From assembly GCF_009914755.1 (NCBI RefSeq), contig NC_060930.1: DNA of 64,000 nt, one strand, 5' to 3'. Shown here in pieces: positions 42,561 to 60,647 of the stretch. The notes beneath the pieces were generated by a model. The model was not told the origin of the DNA, did not search any database, and worked only from the letters and a program-made list of their open reading frames with translations. Source of the DNA: the human T2T-CHM13v2.0 reference genome, Homo sapiens. The position numbers and the translations under genes are program-made. The stretch's first letter is position 1; every line of letters begins with the position of its first letter.

Positions 42561-44663
42561 ACTTTGGTTACAATAATAATTTTCAGAAACTTTGTTGTGT
42601 TTTTTAAAAATTTGGCTTGATTTATCTGGTGTCTTCAATCACCAGATTGAAGCTTTTGATGAAAGCTTCAACGCTTTCCTTTTTTTTCTGCTTGTGCAGC
42701 CTGAAGGGATGTGTGCTAGGTGGTCCTTGCATTGCTATAACAAAATATCTTGGTCGGCTAATTTATTAAAAAGCAGGTTTAATTGGCTCACAGTTCTGCA
42801 GACTATACAGGAAGCACTGCACCTGAGGCAATCTGTTTCTAGTGAGGAATCTGTTTCTAGCATCAGGAAGCTTACAATTATGGTGGAAGGTGAAGGGGGA
42901 GCAGGCGTCTCACATGGAAAGACTGGGAACAAGAAGGGGGGTGGCATACAGTTTTAAACAACCAGATCTCATGAAAACTCACTCACTATTATGAGGACAG
43001 CACCAAGCTGCTTCTATAACCCAAATACCTCATACCAGGCCACATCTCCAACGTTGGGGATTACATGGCAACATAGGTTTTGAGGGGGCAAATATCCAAA
43101 GTATATTATTCTGCCCTGGCCCCTCAAATCTCATGTCCTCTTCACATTGCAAAACACAGTTATATCTTCCCAATAGTTGCCCAAAGTCTTAACTCATTGC
43201 AGCATCAGCTGAATCAAAAGTCCCAAGACCAAAGTCTCATCTGGAGTTGAGTTCCTTCTACCTATGAACCTGTGAAACCAAAGAAGTTATTTACTTTCAA
43301 GATACAATAAGGGTACAAGCTATTGGATAAACATTTATGTTCCAAAAGTGAGAAATCAGTCAAAAGCAAGGGCTACAGGCATCATGCAAGTTCAAAACCC
43401 ATCAGGGTAGCAATTAAATCTTAAAGCTTCAAAACAATATCTTTTGACTCCATGTCTATCATACAGGGAACACAACTGTAAGGGATGGGCTCTCAAGGCC
43501 TTGACCAGCCCTGGTCCTGTGGCTTTTTAGGGTTTAGCTCCTGCAGTGGTTCTCCTGGGTTGGAGTTGAGTACCTGCAGCTTTTCCAGGCATAGGGTTCA
43601 AACTGCCAATGGATCTATTACTAAGGGGTCTGGAGGATGGTGGCCACCTTCCCACAGCTCCACTAAGCAGTACCCCAGTGGGTACCCAGTGTGGGGCCTC
43701 CAACCCCACATTTCCCCTCCATACTGCCCTGGTGGAGGTTCTGTTAGGATCCCACATCTGCAACAGGCTTCTGCCTGGGAACCCAGGCTTTCTCACACAT
43801 CCTCTGAAATCTAGGCAGAAGTTGACAGGTCTCTTTTACTCTTGCACTCTGCATGCCTACAGGCTTAACACCACATGGAAGTTATCATGGCTTATGGCTT
43901 GCATCCTCCAAAAGAGTGGCCTGAGCTATATCAGGGGTATTTTCAGCAGCTCTGGAGGTGGAGTAGCCTGTATATGGGCAGTATCCTGAGGCTGCACAGG
44001 GCAGCAGGGCCATGGGCCTGGCCTAAGAAATCATTCTTTCTTCCTATGTCTCGGGGCCTGTGATGTCTCTGGGAGCTAAAGATCTCTGAAATACTTTCAA
44101 GGCCTTTTTCTCATTGTCTTATCTATCAGCACCTGACTCCTTTTAGTGATGCAAATATCTCTAGCAAATTGTTACTCCACAGCCCACTTGGATTCTTCTC
44201 CTGAAAATGGGCTTTTACAGCAGTAACCTCTGCAGACTTAAATGTCTCTCTCTGACAGCTTTGAAGAGAGTAGGGGTTCTCCCAGCACTCAGCTTGAGAT
44301 CTGAGAATGGGCAGATGGCCTCCTCAAGTGCGTCCCTGAACCCCAAGTAGCCTAACTGGGAGGCACCCCCCCAGTAGGGGCGGACTGACACCTCACACGG
44401 TCGGGTACTCCTCTAAGACAAAACTTGCAGAGGAAAAATCAGGCAGCAGCATTTGTGGTTCACCAATATCCGCTGTTCTGCAGCCACCGCTGCTGATACT
44501 CAGGCAAATGGGATCTGGAGTGGACCTCTAGCAAACTCCAACAGACCTGCAGCTGAGGGTCCTGTCTGTTAGAAGGAAAACTAACAAACAGAAAGGACAC
44601 CCACACCAAAAACCCATCGTACATCACCATCGCCAAAGACCAAAGGTAGATAAAACCACAAAG

Positions 44664-45681
44664 ATGGGAAAAAAACAGAGCAGAAAAACTGGAAACTCTA
44701 AAAATCAGAGCGCCTCTCCTCCTCCAAAGGAACTCAGCTCCTCACCAGCAATGGAACAAAGCTGGACGGAGAATGACTTTGACGAGTTGAGAGAAGAAGC
44801 CTTCAGATGATCAAACTGCTCTGAGCTACAGGAGGAAATTCGAACCAATGGCAAAGAAGTTAAAAGCTTTGGAAAAAAAAATAGACTAATGGATAACTAG
44901 AATAACCAATGCAGAGAAGTCCTTAAAGGACCTGATGGAGCTGAAAACCAAGACAGGAGAGCTACTTGATGAATGCAGAAGCCTCAGTAGCTGATGCGAT
45001 CAACTGGAAGAAAGGGTATCAGCGATGGAAGATGAAATGAATGAAATGAAGCGAGAAGAGAAGCTTAGAGAAAAAAGAATAAAAAGAAATGAACAAAGCC
45101 TCCAAGAAACATGGGACTATGTGAAAAGACCAAACCTACGTCTGATTGGTGTACCTGAAAGTGATGGGGAGAATGGAACCAAGCTGGAAAACACTCTGCA
45201 GGATATTATCCAGGAGAACTTCCCCAATCTAGCAAGGCAGGCCAACATTCAAATTCAGGAAATACAGAGAAAGCCACAAAGATACTCCTCAAGAAGAGGA
45301 ACTCCAAGACACATAATTGTCAGATTCACCGAAGTTGAAATGAAGGAAAAAATGTTAAGGGTAGCCAGAGAGAAATGTCGGGTTACCCACAAAGGGAAGC
45401 CCATCAAACTAACAGCTGATCTCTTGGCAGAAACTCTACAAGCCTGAAGAGAGTGGGGGCCAATATTCAACATTCTTAAAGAAAAGAATCTTCAACCCAG
45501 AATTTCATATCCAGCCAAACTAAGCCTCATAAGTGAAGGAGAAATAAAATCCTTTACAGAAAAACAAATGCTGAGAGATTTTGTCACCACCAGGCCTGCC
45601 CTAAAAGAGCTCCTGAAGGAAGCACTAAACATGGAAAGGAACGGCCAGTACCAGCCACTGCAAAAACATGCCAAATTGTAA
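44664..45681 (+). pseudogene. L1 ORF1 (disrupted)
   Basis: MGKKQSRK start; ORF 45025..45447 contains WDYVKRPNLRLIGVPESDGENG; several internal stops. Confidence 0.9.
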
Positions 45682-45744
45682 AGACCATCAAAGCTAGGAA
45701 GAAACTGCATCAAGTAACAAGCAAAATAACCAGCTAACATCATA

Positions 45745-49571
<3,827 letters not shown>

Positions 49572-52445
49572 ACAATGAGAACCCATGGACACAGGAAGGG
49601 GAACATCACACACCAGGGCCTGTTGTGGGGTGGGGGGAGGGGGGAGGGATAGCATTAGGAGATATACCTAATGTTAAATGACGAGTTAATGGTTGCAACA
49701 CACCAACATGGCACATGTGTAGACATGTAACAAACCTGCACGTTGTGCACATGTACCCTAAAACTTAAAGTATAATAATAATAAAATTTAAAAAAAAAAC
49801 AGAAAATGGGTTTTTCTTGTATACCACCTGGCCAGGTTGCAAATTTTCCAAATGTTTGCACTCTGCTTCCCCTTTAAATATAACTTCCAACTTTAAGTGA
49901 TTTCTTTGCCGTAGCTTCTGAGCATAGGCACTTAGAAGCATCCAGGCTGAATCTTGAATGCCTGATGCTTAGAAATTTCTTCCACCAGAAACTTTAAGTC
50001 AAGCCTCTTAAGTTCAAACTTTAACAGATCCATAGGGAATGTTCAAAATGCAGCCAAGTTTTTTGCTAAAGTATAACAAGAGTGGCCTTTTCTTCAGTTC
50101 TCAATAACCTCTTCATTTCATCTGAACCTCTTCAGCCTGAACTTCACTGTCCATATCACTGCCAGCATTTTGGTCATCACCATTTAACCAGTCTCTAAGA
50201 AGATTCAAACTTTTCCTCATCTTTGTATTTTCTTCTGAGCCCTCCAAACTCTTTGAACCTCTGCCTATTACCCAGTTCTAAAGCTGATTTCACATTTTCA
50301 GGTATCTTTACAGCAATTCCCCATCATTGGTACCAATTTTCTGTCTTAGACCATTCTTGCATTACTATAAAGAAATACCTGGGCTGGCTAATTTATAAGC
50401 AAAGAGATTTAATTAGCTCACTGTTCTGCAGGCTGTACAGGAAGCATAGCCCCTGCATCAACTTCTGACAAGGACCTCACGAAGCTTACAATCATGGCAG
50501 AAGGTGAAGGAAGAGCAGGTTTCTTACGTGACATGAGTGGGAGCAAGAGATAGTGTAAGGGGGAGATGTCACAAACTTTTAAACAACCAGATCTTGTACA
50601 AAGTCACTCCCTGTCATGAAGACAGCACCAAGCCGTGAGGAATCCATTCCCATGACCAAAACACCTCCCACCGGACCCCATCTCCAACATTAGCAGTTAC
50701 AATATTATATCTGTATATAATAATTTTATGTATCCCCTTAATGTTCCAAAGTAGTTATTTTGATTATAATTAATCAAAATATTGATTAAAGGCTTTGGTA
50801 TTAGATTTTGAATCCATTCCACCTATTGGCTGGAACATGAGATGTGGAGGGACAAATATCCAAGCTATATCAGGGTGAAAAGAGTTTTCCAAAGCAATTC
50901 CCATTCCCTCATGAGAAAGATAGAGGACAAGAGTCTCTGGCTCTTGGGAGTATAGAGGTTTACATAGATGAGCACTTGTAAAAGGATCCCCTTTTCTGTA
51001 TCTTGCATTTTACCCTGTCTCATTTGGTTCCTTTTAGTGGGCAATGGGAGTTGAAGTCCTGCTTACAGGGAAGAAGAGCTCTTTTCCTTTCAGGTTATTG
51101 TTACTGGGGCTCCAGTTGATCCATCTCAGTTGTGTCACCAGTTCACCTGGTGGTGTTTGCTGGTTGCTCTGAGGGAGAAATGATCTCACATGGGATAGCC
51201 ATTACCTCTAAAAGGCACCGAAGATGCAACTTTCCCACAAGGAAACAGGTAAACCCTTCAGAAGCTACACCATTTTTTTCTATATATATGTTAAATACCA
51301 GCTTAACCTGGCTTGGATGTGCTTGGCCTAGGAAAGGAGAAAAAAGCAATAGTTAACTCATATCTAAGAATAGTTAACACCATTTCTTAGCCTCAAAATA
51401 TTTACACAAATTATAACTGTATATAATAAGATTATATATCTCATTAAGTTTCCAAATTACTCATTTTTATTATAATTATAGGTTTTGGTATTAGATTTTG
51501 GATCTGTTTCACTTATTGACTAGGAGAAATGAATGGCTTCATCCTGAGTTAAGGGAAAATGCCTGTTTCCCTGAAAGATGGTAGATTAAGAATTAGAAAG
51601 TTTAAGGAAGTAAAAATACTAGAATAGATATATTATATTACAATGCAAGACAACATGATAACATAATACATGGAAAGCCCATGTATATAAAATGCCATTT
51701 GCCAAGACTGTCAAGAATGCACTGGCACTGATGGGAGGAACACCAGTGTTACTAACAAATTCAAGGGTGGCTCACCTCCACAGGCCAGAGCTGATGGTAA
51801 GAGAGATGGTCCCAGTCCAGGGCTCATTAATATTTATGGAGATAAGACAGATCTGAAATAATAGAGGCCAGGTGGTGATGTTTAGCTGCCAGAAATCAGG
51901 ACACAATTATCGTAATGACCATCAAGGTCAGAAGAGCAGCCAATAAGTCTTGGCCCACAGAGAGTAATGGACATGGTTAACAGTGCGTGGCATCCCTAGG
52001 GGGAAACAGACAGCTAGGCAATAAGGATATGGTTTAATATCTATAACCAAACAAGACAAGAATGAAGAAGGAGGAGACTGAGGAGTGCCATCCCAATAAA
52101 AAGCCATGCATGATCCCTTGCTCAGTTTCCAGGTTTGAGCCAATTTTCAAATTCAGAACTTGTCAACTAATAAAGTGAATGGGTCCCCAGGGGGATGACT
52201 TTTTAAGAAGACTGTGGCAAATATGATTCCCACAATCCTTTCATTAATTAATCTACAGCCATTTATACAGGTGACTATATAGTGGGGAACAGAGAATATC
52301 TAGACATATTGAGGAAAAATATGGCATAAGTTCTGAGTTGACGTTAATATTCAGTGACTCAAAGCATCATCTTGACTCCCCTGTTGGGAGGGAGTTTGCA
52401 GGAGCCATATAATAAAGGGATACCCAGCTAAAATTTTGATTCTAT

Positions 52446-54613
52446 ATCTACTTTCACCACTGTTATTCAACATAGTACTAGAATCCTAGCTAGAGCAGTC
52501 AGACAAGAGAAAGAAATAAAAAGCATCCAAATTGGAAAGGAAGAAGTCAAATTATCCTTATTTGGAGATGGTATGATCTCATATTCAGAAAAACCCAAAG
52601 ACTCCTCTAAAAAAACTATTAAAACTTATTTAAAATTTTAGTAAAGTTGCAGGATACAAAAGTAACATGCAAAAATTACTAGCATTTCTATATGCCAAAA
52701 GCAAACAACCTGAACAAAAAATCAAGAAAGTAATCCCAATTACAAGAGTCATGAGTAAAGTAAAATACTGAAGAATAAACTTAGCCAAATAAGTGAAAGA
52801 TCTCTACAAGGAAAACTATAAAACATTGGTGCAAGAAATTGAAGCAGACACACACAAAAAGGATATTTCACGTTCATGGATTGGAAGAATTAATGTTAAA
52901 ATGTTCATAGTACCCAAAGCAATCTACAAATTCAATGCAATTCTTATTAAATTACCAAACACATTCTTCACAGAAATAGCAAAAAAAAAGTGCTAAAATT
53001 TATATGGAACCATAAAAGACCCAGAATAGCCAATGCCATCCTGAGGAAAAAAAAAAAAAACTGAAGTCATCATATTACCTGGCTTCAAATTCTACTACAG
53101 AGCTATAGTAACCAAAACAGTATGGTACTGCCATAAAAACAGGCACATGGCTCAATGGAACAGAATAGGGAACACAGAAAAAAATCTATATATCTACAGT
53201 GAACTCATTTTTGACAAAGGTGCCAAGAAAATACATAAGAGAAAGGACAGTCTCTTCAATAAATGATGCTGGGAAACTGAATATTCATATGCAGAAGGAG
53301 GAAACTAGATTCCATTCTTTTGCCATACACAAAAGTTAAATAAAAATGATTAAAAGCTTAAATTTAAGACCTCAAACCATAAAACTAGTGAAATAAAACA
53401 TTTGGAAAACTCCAGAACATTGGTCTGGGAAAAAGATTTATTGAGTAATACCCAAAGCACAGGTTACCAAAGCAAAAATAGCCAAATGGGGTCACATCAG
53501 CTTAAAAAGCTGCTGCACAGCAAAGGATGCAATCCACAAAGTGAGGAGACAACCCCCAGAATGTGAGAAAATATTTGCACACTACCCTTCTGATGAGGGA
53601 TAAATAACCAGAATATATAAGGAGCTAAAACAACGGTATAGAATAAAAATCTAATAATCCAATTTATAAATGGACAAAAGACCTCAAGAAACATTTCTCA
53701 AAAGAAGACATACAAATGCCAAACAGGCATATGAAAAGGTTCATAATGAGATATCATCTCACCCCAGTTAAAATGGCTTTTATCTATAAGACAGGCAACA
53801 GTAAATGCCAGTGAAGATGTAGAGGAAAGGGAACCTTTGTACAATGTTGTTGGGAATGTAAATTAGTACACCCACTATGAAGAACAGTTTGGAGGGTCCT
53901 CAAAAAACTAAAAATAGAACTACCATATGATACAGCAATCTCACTGCTAGGTATATATCAAAGAAAAGGAAATCAGTATATTAAAAAGATGTATGCACTC
54001 CCATTTTTATTACAGCACTATTTGCAATAGCCAAGATTTGGAAGCAACCTAATTGTCCATCGACAGATGAATGGATAAAGAAAATGTGGCACATATACAC
54101 AATGGAATATTGTTCAACCATAAAGAATGAGATCTTATCGTTTCCAACAACATGGATGAAACCAGAGGTCATTATATCAGGTAAAATAAGATAGGCACAG
54201 AAAGACAAACTTCACATGTTCTCCCTCATTTTGCAGAGCTAAAAATGAAAACTATTGATCTCTTGGAAATAGAGAGTAGAATGATGTTAAACAGAGGGTG
54301 AAAAGGATAGTGTGGGTGGGCAGACTGAGGATGGTTAATGGGTGCAAGAATATAGTTAGATAGAATAAATAAGATTTAGTATTTGATAGCACAATAGGGT
54401 GATTACAGTACGCAATAATTTATTGTACATTTCAAAGTAACTAAAAGAGTATAATTGGAATGTTTTTAACACAAAGAAGTGATCAATGTTTGAGGTGATG
54501 GATATCCCATTTACCCTGATGTGATTATTACACACTATATGCCTGTACCAAAATATCTCATATACCCCATACTATATATACACCCATTATGTACCTGTAC
54601 AATAAAATAAAAT
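52446..54613 (+). mobile_element. 5'-truncated L1MA (L1MA1-3-like) nested in ERVL
   Basis: ORF2 remnants ([11 protein letters not shown]); 3' UTR gaggtgatggatatcccatttaccctgatgtg; TSD aaaattttgattctat / aaaattctggttctat. Confidence 0.85.
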
Positions 54614-55599
54614 AAAATTCTGGTTCTATTGTATCCACTGGGTCCACAGACCCACCCAATTGTCATTTAACTAGTTTTGAACTGTATACCTAAAATCTAT
54701 ATACTTAGAAGTAACAGTAACCTCTCTATTGTGTTGCTAGCTTGTGGCATAAGAGTTGTTATGGTGTAAAAGACCAAGGTAAACATCTTAAACTACTCTC
54801 AACTGTCCTTGGACCACAGTGAAGTAACTTATGACCTGAACTTCTGGTTATGTATCTGCATGGAAAATAATTAGAATACCAGATATTGGTAAGTCTGGTG
54901 TAGTATATGTGCATATACATATGGGGGTGAGCACAAAGTGTAAAAATTTTGGTATCACACTTTAATACTCACCACAAGGTATTCACCCCAAAAGAGGAAT
55001 TGAACATTCAAGTAGATCAGTTAATATTAGCCAGTCCTCACCATAGGTCATGTTGGAACTGGTTCAATGTACACATGAACAGGGGGTCCTGGTGAAGAGA
55101 TGGGAGAAATGTATGGGCCAGCAGCATGGACTCCCACTAACCAAGGCTGACCCAGCTATTGCTGCCTCTGAATGTCAAAATTGTCAGCAACAGGTATCAA
55201 TTCTGAGCCTCTGATATGGCACCTTTCCTCACGAAGACTAAGCAGTGGCCACTTGGAGGGCAAGTCAATTGCACTGGGCCTCACCTCTTATGAAAGGGTC
55301 AATATTTCATCCTCACAGGGATAAATATCTATTCTATTCTAGATATATGTTTACTTTTCCTGCTCAGAGAAATCAGCAGCACCACTATCTGAGGGCTTAC
55401 AAAATGCCTAATCCACAGGCACAGAATCTCAAACAAAGGCATTGAAACAGGAAACCTACTGTGTAGCAAAGAGGGTATGAGAGTGATCCCATGATGATAG
55501 GACCCACTGGTGTTATCATTATAATATACTGTACTTCTCAGAAGCCATTGGCCTCATGCCGTTACTGAAGATACTGAAGATATATAGGTTCTTCCATTT

Positions 55600-55989
<390 letters not shown>

Positions 55990-56514
55990 TGGTTCATCCG
56001 TTTTCTAAAGGCACAATTGAAGCTCCACCTCAGAGGCAACAGTCGAAACCAATGAGATGCCACCTTTTAGGATCTAGTCTATACAATAATTGGAGACCTC
56101 TATATAGTCCTGTATTCCCAAAAGAACAAAGGCATGAGTCTGGGAGCCAAAGAGGGAAAAGAGGACTGGCCTCAGGTAATTCTTGTTCCACTATACCTGG
56201 AATAAATGTATGCAGCAACCCTGAGAAAGCTAGGATTATGGCTCAGACACTTCAGAAATGTCTAGGCTACTTGGCAGCCACTAGCACAGGCTGAAATGAT
56301 AGTAGTGGGTGGGAAGAATTTACATTGGATAATAGGGGCAGATCACGAGTACCAGTTGTGACCACAAGGCCAACTGTAGCAACTACGATTTGTAGTTCAT
56401 CCCTTTAACCTCTCTCTTCTAAGCTTCTTCTCACAAAGTGAGACCAACAAAGACTCTGGAGGAGCTTCTACAGAAACATGTTTCACGTAAGAATGGTCAT
56501 AAAATACGGTGGCC

Positions 56515-56953
56515 TGCAGTGGCCATAAATACTGCTGCTCAGATTTTCTGCTGGGCAGAGCATAGTAGACTGACAGTCCCAGCTGCCATCTCTCTGGATT
56601 CTCCATTGTGTTCAGGCATCACACTTCCCTGTGATGCTTCCAGCCAATGACTGAGTACAACAGGGGTGCTGGAGCATGACCATTTCTGCAGGACACAGCA
56701 GTGTTCCAATGAGAACCTTTGCCTCAGGGACTCCCCATTGGCCTTGCTGAAATTCCTTAAACTGTCTGGCAGTGAGACTCTTCTTATCCAATATCTCCTC
56801 CTTCCTCCTTTCCTTCCACTGGTGTCAGACTGCATCATAGTCTAAAGTATTATTCTGCGTACATCTACCTTCACTCCTTCATCTTTAACGATGTATCTCT
56901 TGCACATCTAAACTCATCTGATGTCTGCTTCTCAAGTGACCAAAGCTAATACA
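56515..56953 (+). mobile_element. LTR16-like ERVL LTR
   Basis: TG...CA termini; cagccaatgactgag and tcttgcacatctaaactcatctgatgtctgcttctc motifs; lies directly after the ERVL internal region. Confidence 0.7.
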
Positions 56954-57274
56954 CCTTTAAAATCAATTCTAGTTTGAAGTTGCTGTGGTTGCATGTAGAA
57001 AGTACCAGGTTTTTTTTTCTCGAGATCTCTTTTCATTTGCCCCTGCCAGTCCTTAAAATTTTTGTTGTCCAACTCTTTCTTCCTTTTATTCTTTCAAAAA
57101 TTAAGTGACAAGAAAATGATATAGATTCAGAGACTGAGTATGAAGAGTAGAATAAGGAAGTGGTGTTTGCATCTTGGGTAAAATTGGTGGAAAGTTTTCC
57201 AGATTAAATTTTTTTCAAAGGTTTGAAATTTCTCAGAGCCAACTACTGTTTTTGGATCTCCAAATAAATCTTTT

Positions 57275-57600
57275 AAAAACATTTTTAATTAATAAATAAT
57301 AATTATACAGATTTATGGAGTACGTAGTGATTTATTTAATTATTATTTGATTAATAAATAATAATTGTACAGATTTATGGAGTACATATGGAGTATATAG
57401 TGATCAGATTAGGGTAATTAGCATATATATCATCTCAAACATTTATCATTTTTTTTGTTGGCAACATTCAACAGTCTCTCTTCTAGCTATTTGAAAATAT
57501 ATATTTTTGTTAACTATACTCATCCTACAGTGCTATAGAACATTTGAAGTTATTTCTCCTATTTAGCTATAATTTTGTATCCTTTAGCAAATCTATCTTG
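57275..57600 (-). mobile_element. L1MA 3' end fragment
   Basis: gatcagattagggtaattagcatatat, cttctagctatttgaaaatata. Confidence 0.7.
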
Positions 57601-57696
57601 CTTTCCAATTAAATGTTGGTGTTAACTAGAAAAGGTTTCTTATGTATATACATCTGTTTCCTTTTCTTTAAACTAGACTGTATAATCTGTTATTTA

Positions 57697-58045
<349 letters not shown>

Positions 58046-58647
58046 TAAATAATAAAATAAAATATTATCTTCTATATTTGTTAGAGATTATCTCAAAGAA
58101 TGATCTGTATTTTATGTGTTTAACTGCTTATCTCTTTGTAAGAGTACAGAAAAAATATGAATGTAGTTTTATATTTTCTATTTTCACACAAAGTTGCCCA
58201 TATTGTGACCTTAACTAAATTTTTGCAGGATTAGACAGTCTGGTGCAGCAAGCTCATTATTGTGGCTATAGAGGGCAGAGAAAGACTGGTTTGTACAAGT
58301 TGCCAGGAAGTGAATCTCAGCTAAACTTGAGGAAATGGGGTTTGATTATCCAATGAACATGCAGGTTTCGGATTGTTCCATCTTAAACTGAAGATAAGAG
58401 CCATTTTTGTATTTCTGTCAGTACAGTCATGTTTCCTGCAAAATCTAAATTCTCAAAAGACAAGCACCTGTCTCTCAGATTCACTCATCTATTCAATTTA
58501 TGCACAGCCTAGCAGAAGACTGGAAATAAAAAAGGCATGCAAAAAGAAGAAGGAGAAGGAGGAGCGTAAACAGCCAGGGTAGGGAGACTGGAATAACTTT
58601 AATAACTTCTCATTCTTAAACCTCAAGAATGTTATAGAAATCACATA

Positions 58648-59001
58648 GGCCAGGCACGGTGGCTCACTCCTGTAATTCCAGCACTTTGAGAGGCCGAGGC
58701 GGGTGATCACCTGAGGTCAGGAGTTTGAGAACAGCCTGACCAACATGGCGAAACCCCCTCTCTCCTAAAACTACAAAAATTATCCCGGTGTGGTGGCACA
58801 CGTCTCCTCGCTACTCGGGAGGCTGAGGCATGAGAATCGCTTGAACCCGAGAGGTGGAGGTTGCAGTGAGCCAAGGTTGCACCAACTGTACTCCAGCCTG
58901 GGTGACAGAGCAAGATTCTGTCAGGAAGGAAGGAAGGAAGGAAGGAAGGAAGGAAGGAAGGAAGGAAGGAAGGAAGGAGAGATGGAAGGAAGGAAGGGAG
59001 G
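58648..59001 (+). mobile_element. AluS with (GGAA)n tail
   Basis: Alu dimer, tail with 13 consecutive GGAA units; perfect TSD gaaatcacata (58637-58647 / 59002-59012). Confidence 0.95.
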
Positions 59002-60127
59002 GAAATCACATAGTACTCACCAGCTCCCCTCCTCTCTCCGACACCTGATACCACTAGTCACCAGAGAGAAAGAAAAAAACCCAAAAAGGCAACAGTATCC
59101 CTCACCACAGCAGCCCCATGTCTGACACTCCAGGAGAAACAAAACCACTTGCCTGAAATTAAAGTAAGCTATAAAGATTATCTTCATTATAACATTGTAA
59201 CTAAAACATTATGTATCTATTTTCCTGGGCATCTTAAATTGTTTAATTAATACTGAGCACTCATATGAATGAAGACTTTTGCTTGGTGTTGTGGCCATTG
59301 AGATGCCCTTTCTCTAACTAAAAGGAATGATTTTAATATATGAATAACTTGTTTTTATTCTGCCAATTGGTTTCTCATGCTTGTGATAAGTACAGTGTAA
59401 TAAATTAAAAGCGTAATTTCTTACTCCTCCCAAGTATGTACCTAATTTCCTTTCCCAGGCTCTTTTTAATAGCGCAGGGCCATGTCGTATGGCTTTTCTT
59501 TGATAGAATATGGTAGAAATGATGTGTGGTACATTCAAGATTGATTCCTTCAAACATTTGCACTTTCCTAGATACAAGGATACTTCTATTCTCACTCAAA
59601 TCTTCACAACTCAGAAGCAATTTTTACCATTTCTGCAATGAAATATCATTTGACAAGAGATGGTAGATGGTATTCAGGGAACTGTTCCTAGACATATTAT
59701 TTGGAAATATCGTATGCTCAGCATTCTTTTCATGAGATCTGCAGACCAGAGATGCAGATTCTTTCCAAATCTTTGGGTTAGGGAATGGTAGAAGACCAAA
59801 ATAAACACACTCTTAATCATTATTTATGCCTAAAATCTCACTTTATGAAAATTTCACCAAGGAAGTTATTTCTCAGACAGCTTGCAAATAGTGGAGAAAA
59901 GAATGCTCTGAGCATTTATGTTGGGGTGAGTAAATCTTATTCATAATTTAAAAAGTTACCATAAACAATGAAAATTTCACACGGAAAGTAGAAAAAACTA
60001 GATAAATGGCCTAAAGCATTGGAGAAAAGGTATAGATGAGAGAGAGCCCAGAAAGGCAGAGAGCAGGGTAAGAGCTTAGTGGGGCTCCTCCACTGTGCTT
60101 ACTTCTGTGCCAGGCACTCACATTTAA

Positions 60128-60416
<289 letters not shown>

Positions 60417-60647
60417 CACATTTAATTTTTACAGCCATGCTGGAAACTCAGGTATGATTTTACCAAATTACAAAGAAAGAAATAAACTCAGCATGTTCAC
60501 ATAATTTTCCCATTGATGGTGGAATTAATATTTCACTCTAGTTCTGATTCTAGTGTTTTTCTGTTTTCAGTTCACAACATTGCTTACAGTAAATTTTATC
60601 CTTGTGCATACAATTATTGTTGTCACTATTATTTTCAGAAAAATACA

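Noticed and set aside
58507-58578. Possible small exon (cacag|...cagg|gtagg)
   Set aside because: Weak polypyrimidine tract, no recognisable protein and no partner exons; cannot be supported without transcript data.
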